A stretch of 64,000 bases of DNA from a virus (Duplodnaviria > Heunggongvirae > Uroviricota > Caudoviricetes), in the IMG/VR virus record IMGVR_UViG_2541047873_000001; one strand, written 5' to 3'. Positions 28,756-37,422 of the stretch are shown here, one piece after another (the first letter of the stretch is position 1; every line of letters begins with the position of its first letter). The notes under the pieces were generated by a model. It was not told the DNA's origin, searched no databases, and saw only the letters and a list, made by a program, of their open reading frames with translations. Made by a program: the position numbers and the translations under genes.

Positions 28756-29207
28756 CATTTGGTTGTAACACGGCGTATGGCACATGCGTCGTTAGCGGTC
28801 TGGTGTAGCTGTTAGGTACCTTTTACTAACACTGCATGGGCACACCAGGTAGCCGGAATGTGCAAGCCCCGTTCATAGCGTCGGACTGCGGATTCACCAT
28901 CCTGGCGATTCGGTGTGACAGCCGGAAGAGCACGGCGTACAACAGGAAAAGGCGTTTAATTAGCGTGAGCGCCGTTTCCGTTGTGGTAATTGCGGCTATG
29001 CGCTCGTGACGAAGCCATTTTCATTCACTACGTTCTGATAAGTGTCGTCGCCGGGCGTGGCTAACCTGGCAGGTGGAGGCACCACCGCCACAACTCCTTT
29101 CAATTCATCATATAGCCGCTCAGGCTGTAACCCTTAATTAATACGAAGTTACGACGTCACTACCGGTTCAGCCGGGGGATAGTCGCGCGTGTAAAAAAGG
29201 AGACGTT

Positions 29208-29783
29208 ATGTTAACGGCGAACGATAACGCGTATTTAGAAGATGATCTCGTTTTGAGTGACTTTATAGGGCGACGAGAATGCTGGACGCAAAAGCGCGAG
29301 GAGCTTTATGCAGCGTTAGTTCGTAAAGGCGTCAACATCGAAACCGCACAGAACGGTGATATGACAGTGGTAAGTGTTGGACTGCACGGCGTAAGTGTGT
29401 CAGCAATCAATCATGAGCCGTACATTGCGTTATCCGAGTCGATGGTAAGGTTAGTTAAGTTCCTGAAGTACACAGAAGCGAATAACGTGCTCATCGCCAA
29501 AAAGAACATCCCGTTCTCATCGGCCTTTTACTGGATGATGAAGGGGCTTGATGCCCGGCGAACATCATGGCCTAAAGGGAGCTATATATCGATGCTCCGT
29601 GGCAGTGTTGGTAGCAAAGAAAAGCTCGTCGAATTCCTGCCGGAAGAGGCATTCGATATTGTTGAAGGTTGTGATGTGATGGTTATGCCTCGCCTGGTAA
29701 TGATGAATGGGGATTTACAGGCGCAGACAGACTGGTTTGCAACTGGAGTTGATATTATCGCTACTGACTGGGAGGTTTTTTGA
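29208..29783 (+). CDS. Hypothetical protein with C-terminal DUF2829-like module
   Basis: 191 aa; AAGGAG RBS; C-terminus FYWMMKGLDARRTSW...DIIATDWEVF. Confidence 0.45.
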   Translation: MLTANDNAYLEDDLVLSDFIGRRECWTQKREELYAALVRKGVNIETAQNGDMTVVSVGLHGVSVSAINHEPYIALSESMVRLVKFLKYTEANNVLIAKKNIPFSSAFYWMMKGLDARRTSWPKGSYISMLRGSVGSKEKLVEFLPEEAFDIVEGCDVMVMPRLVMMNGDLQAQTDWFATGVDIIATDWEVF

Positions 29784-30163
29784 TGTACGAGGCTACTAAA
29801 TTACGCACTGAGGATGCGATGCACATTGGTTGGGACATCATCACCTGCAAGATAACATCATGCAAGGCTACACGCACAGACGCCGGACACAAGAGCACAA
29901 TATCAGGTTATGTCGTGATGTCAGTCAGGAGTGTGCGCATACGCTTCAGATGGAAAGCCAGCCAGGTTACATCATCAATGCCGCTTACCGTCGAGCAGGA
30001 TTATTTATGCTTACCCGAAATAGACGGAGCGTTGCTGGTGGGCAATAGTGGTCGAAAAGCCGATTTTGAAGCCAGTCTGAAGATGGCGCAGGCGGTGATC
30101 AACAAACATAAAGGGAAGTGGGAGGCAAAAGTTAAGCATGTTGTTCGTTTATCCCGCTGGTAG
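29780..30163 (+). CDS. Hypothetical protein
   Basis: 127 aa, start overlaps the upstream stop. Confidence 0.35.
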   Translation: MMYEATKLRTEDAMHIGWDIITCKITSCKATRTDAGHKSTISGYVVMSVRSVRIRFRWKASQVTSSMPLTVEQDYLCLPEIDGALLVGNSGRKADFEASLKMAQAVINKHKGKWEAKVKHVVRLSRW

Positions 30164-30194
30164 TGTTAGCAAATTGATATTAATTTTCTAATAC
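30163..30194. promoter_or_regulatory. Bipartite operator upstream of the lpa-like/pac operon
   Basis: gtgttagcaaattgatattaattttctaata inverted half-sites. Confidence 0.5.
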
Positions 30195-30270
30195 ATCATG
30201 TTTTTGACAGTCTTCTCAGTATTAACAAGCTGATTATCATCCCCTCGGTCTTTTTCTATCCGGGGGATAA

Positions 30271-30663
30271 ATGGAGCAAATCAGTAGCGCCGAAATAGCG
30301 GATATCATGATCAGGGCTAACTGCTATCTGACGGTCACCGAAATCACCAGCCGTGCAAAAGCACAATATCCTCACCTTCATGTGTCGCGCGTAAACGTAA
30401 ATAACATCATACGTTTTTTTGTTCGTTCCAGTCGTGCCATTTGCGAAATAGACGACCGCGTATACCCCCGGAAATATTGGTTACATGGCCTGAATGGATA
30501 CCAGTTCAAGGTGCGCGGGCGCACTCCTGAATTCGGTCGGCTGTTGGTGAAAAACACCAACCGAAAGATAGAAGCTCAATTACGAAAGGAGCAGCGTCAG
30601 TTGGTGGCGATGACTAACCAGCTATGGAACGCCGCTGTGAAAAAACGTGAGGCTTCCCTATGA
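30271..30663 (+). CDS. Putative late-gene activator (Lpa-like, positional)
   Basis: 130-aa gene between an operator and pacA, as lpa sits in P1 (from memory); no motif support. Confidence 0.35.
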   Translation: MEQISSAEIADIMIRANCYLTVTEITSRAKAQYPHLHVSRVNVNNIIRFFVRSSRAICEIDDRVYPRKYWLHGLNGYQFKVRGRTPEFGRLLVKNTNRKIEAQLRKEQRQLVAMTNQLWNAAVKKREASL

Positions 30664-32024
30664 CGTTAATTAACTGGGAAGCGCATCGAGCTAAGTTCCT
30701 GGAGTTAAGAGAAGAAACCGGGATCACCATAAAAGAATATTGCGAGCAGCATGACCTCAGCTTTAACACCGCCAGAAAGCATCTCAATATGAAAAAAAAT
30801 GAGGTTAAGGCGAAAGCTAAGGCTGCCGGGAAAAGTACAAAACAGCGCGCAAAAAGCAGCGCCACCGGCTCAAAAAAAGAGCAAAAAAAGGCTGATAAAA
30901 GCACAGAATTTACAAAAACTGACAAATCGTTAGCTGGTGGACGGTTCCGCGCCATGCCGCAAAAACAAAATGCGGATCACAAAGAAAAGCCAAGTAATAA
31001 CAACAAGATACACAAGGATGTGAAGGGATCATTTTGTGATGAAATGGGAGAAATGATCCCTAAAAGCAGCGAAAAAGCCCAACGAAACAAGGGATCATTG
31101 CAAATGATCCCTGACTCATCAGCTCAAAGCGCCACTTTGCCTGCCACCAACGTCGCCCGTGAGATGATGAAGAACGGCGCGACTGAACATTTACGACTTG
31201 CGATACAGATGGCGCAGGAACGAGCAATTCAGTATCAGGCCATCGTTGACCAGGAAGCGGAGCGACTACAGGAAGAGATTGACGCCCTCGGCGATACACA
31301 GCCAGAGGGGATGCACCCAGGGCAGCGTCTTCTCGGCCTAATAAGCGATGCGGCCTACTACATGAATGACTTTATCAGTAGGTTGGCAGCCATCTACCAG
31401 ACCGAGCAGAAGCTACGCCAGGGGGATGAAAAACTTGCGCAGGGCGCGCGTCAGCAGGCATTCAGGGAGGCTGAGGCCAGAGAAAAACTGGCGATTGCCC
31501 GCCTGCAAGCCGAGCAGCGTGGCAAAGAGATTGAGTATCGCATTGGCGCTGACGCACGCGCCGCCAGGGTTATCGCCGCCGCTATACGTATGCGTGAGCG
31601 CGAGGAGCTGGACGATATAGGCGTAGCTGAATATATCGAGCGGCAGGGCGTCAGTGTCCCGGCTATCCTGGCGGCACGAGCGGCAAAAGCGATCTCACTT
31701 CTGGAGCCTCCGGTTTCTGACGTTAACGATGTTGATGATGAGCAACTGGATAAAGAGGCGAAGCAGTTTGCCGAGCAACAAGCTGGACTCCCACAATGGC
31801 TTGCACAACGCCGGGCTGAAGTAGCGAAAATCGTTGATAGGCTTGGGATGGGGGATTACGACCGGAACGGAGAACGTAAAGCCGGTGAATTTGAGGCCAA
31901 TGATGAAGACCTGAATATAGACCCTTCCGCCACGGCTGATATCTACGGTGATTATGACGCGGGGGATACCGGTTTTGATGCTGTAGATGACGAGATTGCG
32001 ATAGACCAGCCGGAGGATGACTAA
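30660..32024 (+). CDS. pacA: Pacase small subunit PacA
   Basis: 454 aa with N-terminal HTH-like region, lysine-rich linker, acidic C-terminus; directly upstream of the large terminase; contains the GATC-hexamer cluster. Confidence 0.6.
   Translation: MTLINWEAHRAKFLELREETGITIKEYCEQHDLSFNTARKHLNMKKNEVKAKAKAAGKSTKQRAKSSATGSKKEQKKADKSTEFTKTDKSLAGGRFRAMPQKQNADHKEKPSNNNKIHKDVKGSFCDEMGEMIPKSSEKAQRNKGSLQMIPDSSAQSATLPATNVAREMMKNGATEHLRLAIQMAQERAIQYQAIVDQEAERLQEEIDALGDTQPEGMHPGQRLLGLISDAAYYMNDFISRLAAIYQTEQKLRQGDEKLAQGARQQAFREAEAREKLAIARLQAEQRGKEIEYRIGADARAARVIAAAIRMREREELDDIGVAEYIERQGVSVPAILAARAAKAISLLEPPVSDVNDVDDEQLDKEAKQFAEQQAGLPQWLAQRRAEVAKIVDRLGMGDYDRNGERKAGEFEANDEDLNIDPSATADIYGDYDAGDTGFDAVDDEIAIDQPEDD
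30970..31112. other. Candidate pac site: cluster of five Dam (GATC) hexamers inside pacA
   Basis: GATC at 30975, 31027, 31055, 31093 and 31106, arranged as GGGATCATT / AATGATCCC inverted units; P1 pac is a hexamer cluster of this kind inside pacA. Confidence 0.5.
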
Positions 32025-33532
32025 TGGCTGGTGGTCGTAAGATTAAGTGCGTCACCAGTGATCCACGTTGGCGCGATATGGTTATCAGGTATCGATACAA
32101 CTTTACCCAGGCGGTTGTCGATATTTTTGGGATGTTACCCTCCCACCAGCAGCAGCAGATCATTCAGTCAGTGCAGGAGACGGGGAGCAGGACGACCGTT
32201 ACGTCCGGACACGGAACGGGTAAGTCGTCCCTTACCGCGATGTTGCTACTAATTTTCATGATCCTGTTCCCCGACGCCCGCGTCATTATTGTTGCGAACA
32301 AAATAGGCCAGGTAAAAACAGGCGTATTCAAATACGTGAAACAGTTTTGGGCGAATGCTGTTAAGCGTCACGGCTGGTTACAGACCTATTTTGTCCTGTC
32401 TGACACCATGTTTTATGAGCGTTCCCGTAAAGGGATATGGGAAGTGCTCTGTAAAGGTTATCGACTCGGTAACGAAGAGGCACTGGCGGGGGAGCACGCT
32501 GAGCATTTACTGCTAATCCTTGATGAAGCATCGGGCATATCCGATAAGGCGATTAACGTCATGACGGGGGCGTTAACGCAGAAAGATAACCGTATGCTCA
32601 TGCTTTCCCAGCCTACGCGTCCAAGCGGTTACTTTTATGAATCTCACCATTCAAGGGCAAAGGCAGAAGGCAATCCGGAAGGTGTCTGGACGGCAATAGT
32701 CCTTAACTCTGAAGAATCACCATTCGTTGAACCGAGCTTTATTCGTGAGAAATTGCTGGAGTACGGCGGCAGGGATTCGCTGGAGTACATGGTTAAGGTG
32801 CTGGGCCAGTTCCCGCGTGCAATTAACGGGTATTTGCTTGGTCGTGATGAGTGCGACCGCGCCGCACGGCGTAAAGTGTTGCTGGAGAAAGATTGGGGCT
32901 GGGTAGCGACCGCTGACGTCGGTAATGGTCGCGACAAATCGGTGCTCAATATATGCAAAGTATCCGGTTATCGTGAGAAACGACGCGTTGTGAACTTTAA
33001 GATACTGGAGATGCCAGGCACTATGGACCCGTTGGCTTTTGCCGACTTTATCTATAACGAATGCACTCCTGATAAATACCCGAACATCACCATTGCTGTG
33101 GATGCTGATGGCTTTGGTTCAGATACGTGTGCGCAGCTTGTCCGCCGTGGTGCTAATCCCGTTCGCATCCGTTGGGGTAAGCCTATGTTTGCGCTAAGAG
33201 ACAGAGAACGCTTTGTCAATCAGCGTGCTTACGCCAATATTATGGCAGGGGATGCCATTAAATCAGGGCGTATGCGTATCGATAGTGACCCCAAAACCGC
33301 AGATCAGGCATCAAAAATCCCGTATATGCTTAACGAAGAAGGGAAGGTAGCGATGATGCGCAAGGAGCACATGCGGCAGAAGTTAAACATCAAGTCGCCG
33401 GACAGATGGGATACCTACTGCTTCACTATGCTGGTGGATTACGTGCCTGCTAATGAAGACATTGGCGCAGAACTCGCAACATTCCGCGATCAGGTGTTGG
33501 CAGAAGTGGATATTCCTGATATTGACATTTAA
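32024..33532 (+). CDS. pacB: Terminase large subunit PacB
   Basis: Walker A GHGTGKS and Walker B LLILDEASG; 502 aa; start overlaps the pacA stop. Confidence 0.85.
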   Translation: MAGGRKIKCVTSDPRWRDMVIRYRYNFTQAVVDIFGMLPSHQQQQIIQSVQETGSRTTVTSGHGTGKSSLTAMLLLIFMILFPDARVIIVANKIGQVKTGVFKYVKQFWANAVKRHGWLQTYFVLSDTMFYERSRKGIWEVLCKGYRLGNEEALAGEHAEHLLLILDEASGISDKAINVMTGALTQKDNRMLMLSQPTRPSGYFYESHHSRAKAEGNPEGVWTAIVLNSEESPFVEPSFIREKLLEYGGRDSLEYMVKVLGQFPRAINGYLLGRDECDRAARRKVLLEKDWGWVATADVGNGRDKSVLNICKVSGYREKRRVVNFKILEMPGTMDPLAFADFIYNECTPDKYPNITIAVDADGFGSDTCAQLVRRGANPVRIRWGKPMFALRDRERFVNQRAYANIMAGDAIKSGRMRIDSDPKTADQASKIPYMLNEEGKVAMMRKEHMRQKLNIKSPDRWDTYCFTMLVDYVPANEDIGAELATFRDQVLAEVDIPDIDI

Positions 33533-33556
33533 AAGCCCCGGCGATTCGGGGCTTGT
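33532..33556 (-). terminator. Hairpin terminator for the leftward gene
   Basis: agccccggcgattcggggct hairpin; the T-run is on the minus strand. Confidence 0.45.
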
Positions 33557-33569
33557 GGGTGGCTTGCGA

Positions 33570-34607
33570 TTACCAGAGTTTTGCCGCGTACATCGTTTGT
33601 GTGAATGTGTACCCATAGCGTTCTTCAACGCTTTTACCGTATTTTTTCCTGGCTTCAGTAAGGCGGATGCCTGTCAGGTCATCGCCGGAGGCAATCATAA
33701 CTTCCAGTAGTTCCAGGTCCATTTTATCCAGCCTTGCCATTGCATCTTTAGCCTCTTGAATTTTCCGGCTAACGATCTGGTGTATGGCTGGATCGGCTTC
33801 GGCCAGCATTTTATCTGATTTGTTTTTTAAACTCTGATTGCGGATATCAATGTTTCTCAGGATATATGACTTCACGACATAGCTTGGCTGCTGCTTTTCC
33901 AGATCACGAACCCGATAAAGGTCAAATTCGCCGAGAAGTCCGCACGGAAGCGGTTTAATGCCAGTGTAAATGGTAAGGGTGCGGCGCTCACCAACGTTGT
34001 TAACAACGGGAATCTCTGTGTTTGCTTTTTTTGCAAAGATCAGCGCACCGTGCGTACCCACTCTGAAGCGTGAAAGTCCATTGTTGCCCTCGATATTGGT
34101 GGTAATCACCACATCGGTATAACCTTCTTTTCTTGCGCGGTATACCTCGCCCTCACGTTCAGCGGCGAAGAATCTGCGTTCTTCTTCAAGCGCACCGACA
34201 ACCTGTGAAAATATCCTGTTTTTCATGCTTTTCTTTATAGTTTTATCGTATTTTTTCAACAGGTCTTCGCGCGTAAATGTTCTCGTTGTGGTTGCGCTTT
34301 GCATAACGATATGCGTACTCTGATTAGTATCCTCAACAATGAATGGGATCGGTAAATAAACCGACTCAACAATGTTTGAGGCTTTGTCATCATCCTTGCG
34401 ACACAGATCAACAAAGGCTTTCCATTCGGCTACGCATTTTTCAGCTTCTTCTAATACAGCCGGATCATGTGTTAATGCAACATGGCGAAATTCCTCGCCA
34501 ACATAACTGGTATCATGGAAAACAGAGTTTGCGACCACCAGCTCTTTCCACCGTTCAGCGGTTTGCAGGAACCGTTTGTACTCATTCTCGATCGACTTCT
34601 TACTCAT
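33570..34607 (-). CDS. Candidate C1-type immunity repressor (positional inference only)
   Basis: 345 aa (ATG at 34607, MSKKSIENEY; the ORF-track N-terminal extension crosses operator sites). Divergent from the recombinase gene, with operator copies in its 5' region; sits between pacB and the lox-like site where c1 lies in P1. Confidence 0.35.
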   Translation of the reverse strand: MSKKSIENEYKRFLQTAERWKELVVANSVFHDTSYVGEEFRHVALTHDPAVLEEAEKCVAEWKAFVDLCRKDDDKASNIVESVYLPIPFIVEDTNQSTHIVMQSATTTRTFTREDLLKKYDKTIKKSMKNRIFSQVVGALEEERRFFAAEREGEVYRARKEGYTDVVITTNIEGNNGLSRFRVGTHGALIFAKKANTEIPVVNNVGERRTLTIYTGIKPLPCGLLGEFDLYRVRDLEKQQPSYVVKSYILRNIDIRNQSLKNKSDKMLAEADPAIHQIVSRKIQEAKDAMARLDKMDLELLEVMIASGDDLTGIRLTEARKKYGKSVEERYGYTFTQTMYAAKLW

Positions 34608-34623
34608 TATTCCTACTCGATTT

Positions 34624-34637
34624 AGTTTTCTAACATA
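34624..34637. promoter_or_regulatory. Operator-like site (AGTTTTCTAACATA)
   Basis: Motif copy 17 bp upstream of the candidate repressor start. Confidence 0.5.
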
Positions 34638-34710
34638 AAAGTCCTGTGACAAATTTATGCCGAATAACAAGGTGAGTAAAGGATAAAACCGCTTTTTTTT
34701 GATTGTTCCT

Positions 34711-34722
34711 ATTAGAAAATGT
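34711..34722. promoter_or_regulatory. Weak operator-like half-site (ATTAGAAAATGT)
   Basis: One-mismatch variant of the motif in the repressor/recombinase intergenic region. Confidence 0.3.
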
Positions 34723-34802
34723 AACCAGGAGCGGCTACCGCATGGCTGACGGATTTGCGAAGTGATCTGGTCGGTGTTTTTTTGGGAAAAAGTCCCGATT
34801 TC

Positions 34803-34834
34803 TAACTTTAAATAATTGGCATTATTTAAAGTTA
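34803..34834. other. rox-type recombination site (14-bp inverted arms, 4-bp spacer)
   Basis: taactttaaataat-tggc-attatttaaagtta is the reverse complement of the rox sequence TAACTTTAAATAATGCCAATTATTTAAAGTTA as I recall it; 150 bp upstream of the Cre-like gene. Confidence 0.85.
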
Positions 34835-34986
34835 GGCTATAATCTCCAGTAAACAGGCAGTATTGACAAGGATGAAAAATCATGCCTCGAATCAAAGGCT
34901 TGAATTTTGAAAATTAACTTATAACTACCCTGTCAGTTTTCTATTTTTCACGTAGCGTTATCTGTATATAGAGGTTTAATAGTTTC

Positions 34987-36015
34987 ATGGGTGAACTAGT
35001 TATCTCCGGCGGTTCTGGTGGTTTTCTGCGCGATATTGGCACCGAATACCAGGAAGCTGCAAAAAACTTTATGCAGTTCATGAACGACCAGGGAGCTTAT
35101 GCCCCAAATACACTTCGTGATCTCCGTCTGGTGTTTCATTCCTGGGCGCGGTGGTGTAACTCGCGCCAGCGCCCCTGGTTCCCGATTACGCCGGAAATGG
35201 CCCGCGAGTATCTTCTCCAGTTGCATGAGGCCGATCTGGCTTCGACCACCATTGATAAGCACTATGCCATGCTTAACATGCTGCTTTCGCAATGTGGCCT
35301 CCCGCCGCTGTCGGACGATAAAAGTGTGTCTCTGGCCATGCGGCGCATCCGGCGCGAAGCGGCAACGGAAAAAGGCGAGCGAACAGGCCAGGCTATACCG
35401 TTGCGGTGGGATGATCTGAAATTGCTCGACGTGTTGCTGTCCCGTTCCGAGCGGCTGGTGGACCTGCGCAATCGGGCGTTTCTCTTCGTGGCATACAATA
35501 CCCTGATGCGTATGTCAGAAATCTCGCGCATCCGCGTCGGAGATCTGGACCAAACAGGTGACACTGTAACGCTGCATATTTCACACACGAAGACCATCAC
35601 GACCGCCGCAGGACTTGATAAGGTGCTTTCTCGTTACACTACCGCCGTACTGAACGACTGGCTGGAGGTGTCCGGACTTCGAGAACATCCGGACGCGGTG
35701 CTATTCCCGCCAATACACCGCAGTAATAAGGCCAGAATCACGACAACGCCCCTTACTGCACCTGCAATGGAGAAAATATTCAGCGATGCCTGGGGGTTGC
35801 TGAACAAACGAGATGCCACGCCGAACAAGGGAAGATACCGGACGTGGACAGGCCATAGTGCGCGTGTTGGTGCGGCAATTGATATGGCTGAGAAACAGGT
35901 GTCAATGGTCGAGATCATGCAGGAAGGCACATGGAAAAAGCCCGAAACACTTATGCGATATTTGCGCCGTAGCGGGGCATCCGTTGGTGCAAATAGTCGC
36001 CTGATGGATTCATAA
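34987..36015 (+). CDS. dre: Dre-type tyrosine recombinase (Cre homolog)
   Basis: 342 aa, colinear with P1 Cre from memory (HSWARWC, SVSLAMRRIRRE, AYNTLMRMSEISRIRVGD, WTGHSARVGAAIDMA); cognate rox site upstream. Confidence 0.9.
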   Translation: MGELVISGGSGGFLRDIGTEYQEAAKNFMQFMNDQGAYAPNTLRDLRLVFHSWARWCNSRQRPWFPITPEMAREYLLQLHEADLASTTIDKHYAMLNMLLSQCGLPPLSDDKSVSLAMRRIRREAATEKGERTGQAIPLRWDDLKLLDVLLSRSERLVDLRNRAFLFVAYNTLMRMSEISRIRVGDLDQTGDTVTLHISHTKTITTAAGLDKVLSRYTTAVLNDWLEVSGLREHPDAVLFPPIHRSNKARITTTPLTAPAMEKIFSDAWGLLNKRDATPNKGRYRTWTGHSARVGAAIDMAEKQVSMVEIMQEGTWKKPETLMRYLRRSGASVGANSRLMDS

Positions 36016-36016
36016 A

Positions 36017-36030
36017 TTAATTTTCTAACA
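36017..36030. promoter_or_regulatory. Operator-like site (AATTAATTTTCTAACA)
   Basis: Motif copy immediately after the recombinase stop. Confidence 0.45.
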
Positions 36031-36087
36031 ATCTTTTTAGACAGTGCATTTTAATGTAAAGTACCCTCGCCTATTGCGGAGGGTACT

Positions 36088-36432
36088 TTGCACAATCGTA
36101 TTACGGAATCAAAACGCTTCACTGTTGACGGTTACACCATAACCTTCACTGCGGGCGTTAAGCGCGACCAGGCGGTCGTGGTGTTCGGTGTTATGACCGG
36201 GCTTGATGCCGTTCCCGTGTTTAACCTCGAAAAAAACTGGCGAAATCTGGAGGAAGCTGAACGCTACGTCCGGAAAGTAACCGTCATTGCTGCTGAAAAA
36301 CTCCTGGCCCACTATCAGGAAAATTATCGCGCTATGACCGAGAAAATTAACCATGTTTTCACTCGCCCCACCAGCGGCTTCATTGCCCCTGATGCAAATG
36401 CCGGGCGCTATCCGGCAAGGGGGCGCAAATGA
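36088..36432 (+). CDS. Hypothetical protein
   Basis: 114 aa; TTG start with GGAGGG RBS embedded in a hairpin. Confidence 0.35.
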   Translation: MHNRITESKRFTVDGYTITFTAGVKRDQAVVVFGVMTGLDAVPVFNLEKNWRNLEEAERYVRKVTVIAAEKLLAHYQENYRAMTEKINHVFTRPTSGFIAPDANAGRYPARGRK

Positions 36433-36917
36433 AAACTTACTACCCATCCCTGAACTGCTATCCAACCACTAATCCTGAGCTGTCAGGGAAACTTCTGTCC
36501 CTCCTGGCTGATAGTCCTGATGAATGGCATAAGCCTGGTGATATCAACACACAGTTCCCTGAGTACGGGTGTATCCGCACCAGAAATGAGCTGAAGAACC
36601 TCATTGCTCACGGTTTTGTCCGTCACCGTAGCGGGAAAGGCTATCAGTTGGCCATCCCACAAGGAGAGGCAAGAGAACTCTTTGGCTATCGAGAAAGCCA
36701 GACGCAAGCGCGGGTGATCGCAGAAATTATCCGTAATGGCAGCGTCTATGCCCGCAAATTCTGGCTGTCTGGCGGTGGTGATGCATCACAGTTCTTGCGT
36801 GCTGTGCGATCGCTGGAGGAACAAGGTGTTATCGAGAATACCTGCGTCTCCGTTCCGACCGCTCCGCATATCAAACGCCGGATTTATACATTTACCCGGA
36901 GAGCTAAAAAGCAATGA
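36429..36917 (+). CDS. Hypothetical protein
   Basis: 162 aa, overlapping start/stop with neighbours. Confidence 0.4.
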   Translation: MKTYYPSLNCYPTTNPELSGKLLSLLADSPDEWHKPGDINTQFPEYGCIRTRNELKNLIAHGFVRHRSGKGYQLAIPQGEARELFGYRESQTQARVIAEIIRNGSVYARKFWLSGGGDASQFLRAVRSLEEQGVIENTCVSVPTAPHIKRRIYTFTRRAKKQ

Positions 36918-37408
36918 TTAACGTGAAAGTGAAACGCCTTCATCCGGCGGCAAAACTCCCCGTTTACGCCACCGCCGGATCGGCGGCGATGGATTTTGTT
37001 GCTGTTGAAATAACGCCGGGTATCGATAGCAACGGCGCTATTTCCTCAAGCTGGTGGGTGCATACCGGCCTCGCTATGGCGATCCCTCCTGGCTGGTGTC
37101 TGAAACTTTATCCTCGTTCCGGATTGGGCTGCAAAAAGCATACGCGCCTGGCTAACTGCGTAGGAATTATCGACTCCGATTATCGCGGTGAAATCAAAGC
37201 AAAACTGATTACAGATCCCGGTGGTGAAGGCGTTTGCCTCAAGCCAGGAATGGCGGTCATGCAAGGCATTTTTGAGCGTGTTGAACCGGTATCGCTGGTA
37301 GAAGTTGATGAACTCGATGAAACAGAGCGAGGTGCTGGTGGCTTTGGTAGCACATCGGAAGACCGCATTGAAATCAAGCGTACACCGCTTCAGTACGCAA
37401 AGTTTTAA
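36914..37408 (+). CDS. dut: dUTP diphosphatase
   Basis: Conserved dUTPase motifs ATAGSAAMDF, GIIDSDYRGEI and RGAGGFGSTS. Confidence 0.9.
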   Translation: MINVKVKRLHPAAKLPVYATAGSAAMDFVAVEITPGIDSNGAISSSWWVHTGLAMAIPPGWCLKLYPRSGLGCKKHTRLANCVGIIDSDYRGEIKAKLITDPGGEGVCLKPGMAVMQGIFERVEPVSLVEVDELDETERGAGGFGSTSEDRIEIKRTPLQYAKF

Positions 37409-37422
37409 GTAGAGGAAAGGCT

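Noticed and set aside
29131-29160. loxP-arm-like half-site (aatacgaagttac, 11/13 match to the loxP arm).
   Set aside because: No inverted partner at the 8-bp spacing; about one such match is expected by chance in 64 kb, and the element carries a rox site with a Dre-like recombinase instead.
36058-36092. Hairpin after the recombinase gene as an intrinsic terminator.
   Set aside because: The stem contains the GGAGGG RBS of the next ORF (TTG at 36088) and lacks a clean T-run; more likely a translation-regulating structure than a terminator.
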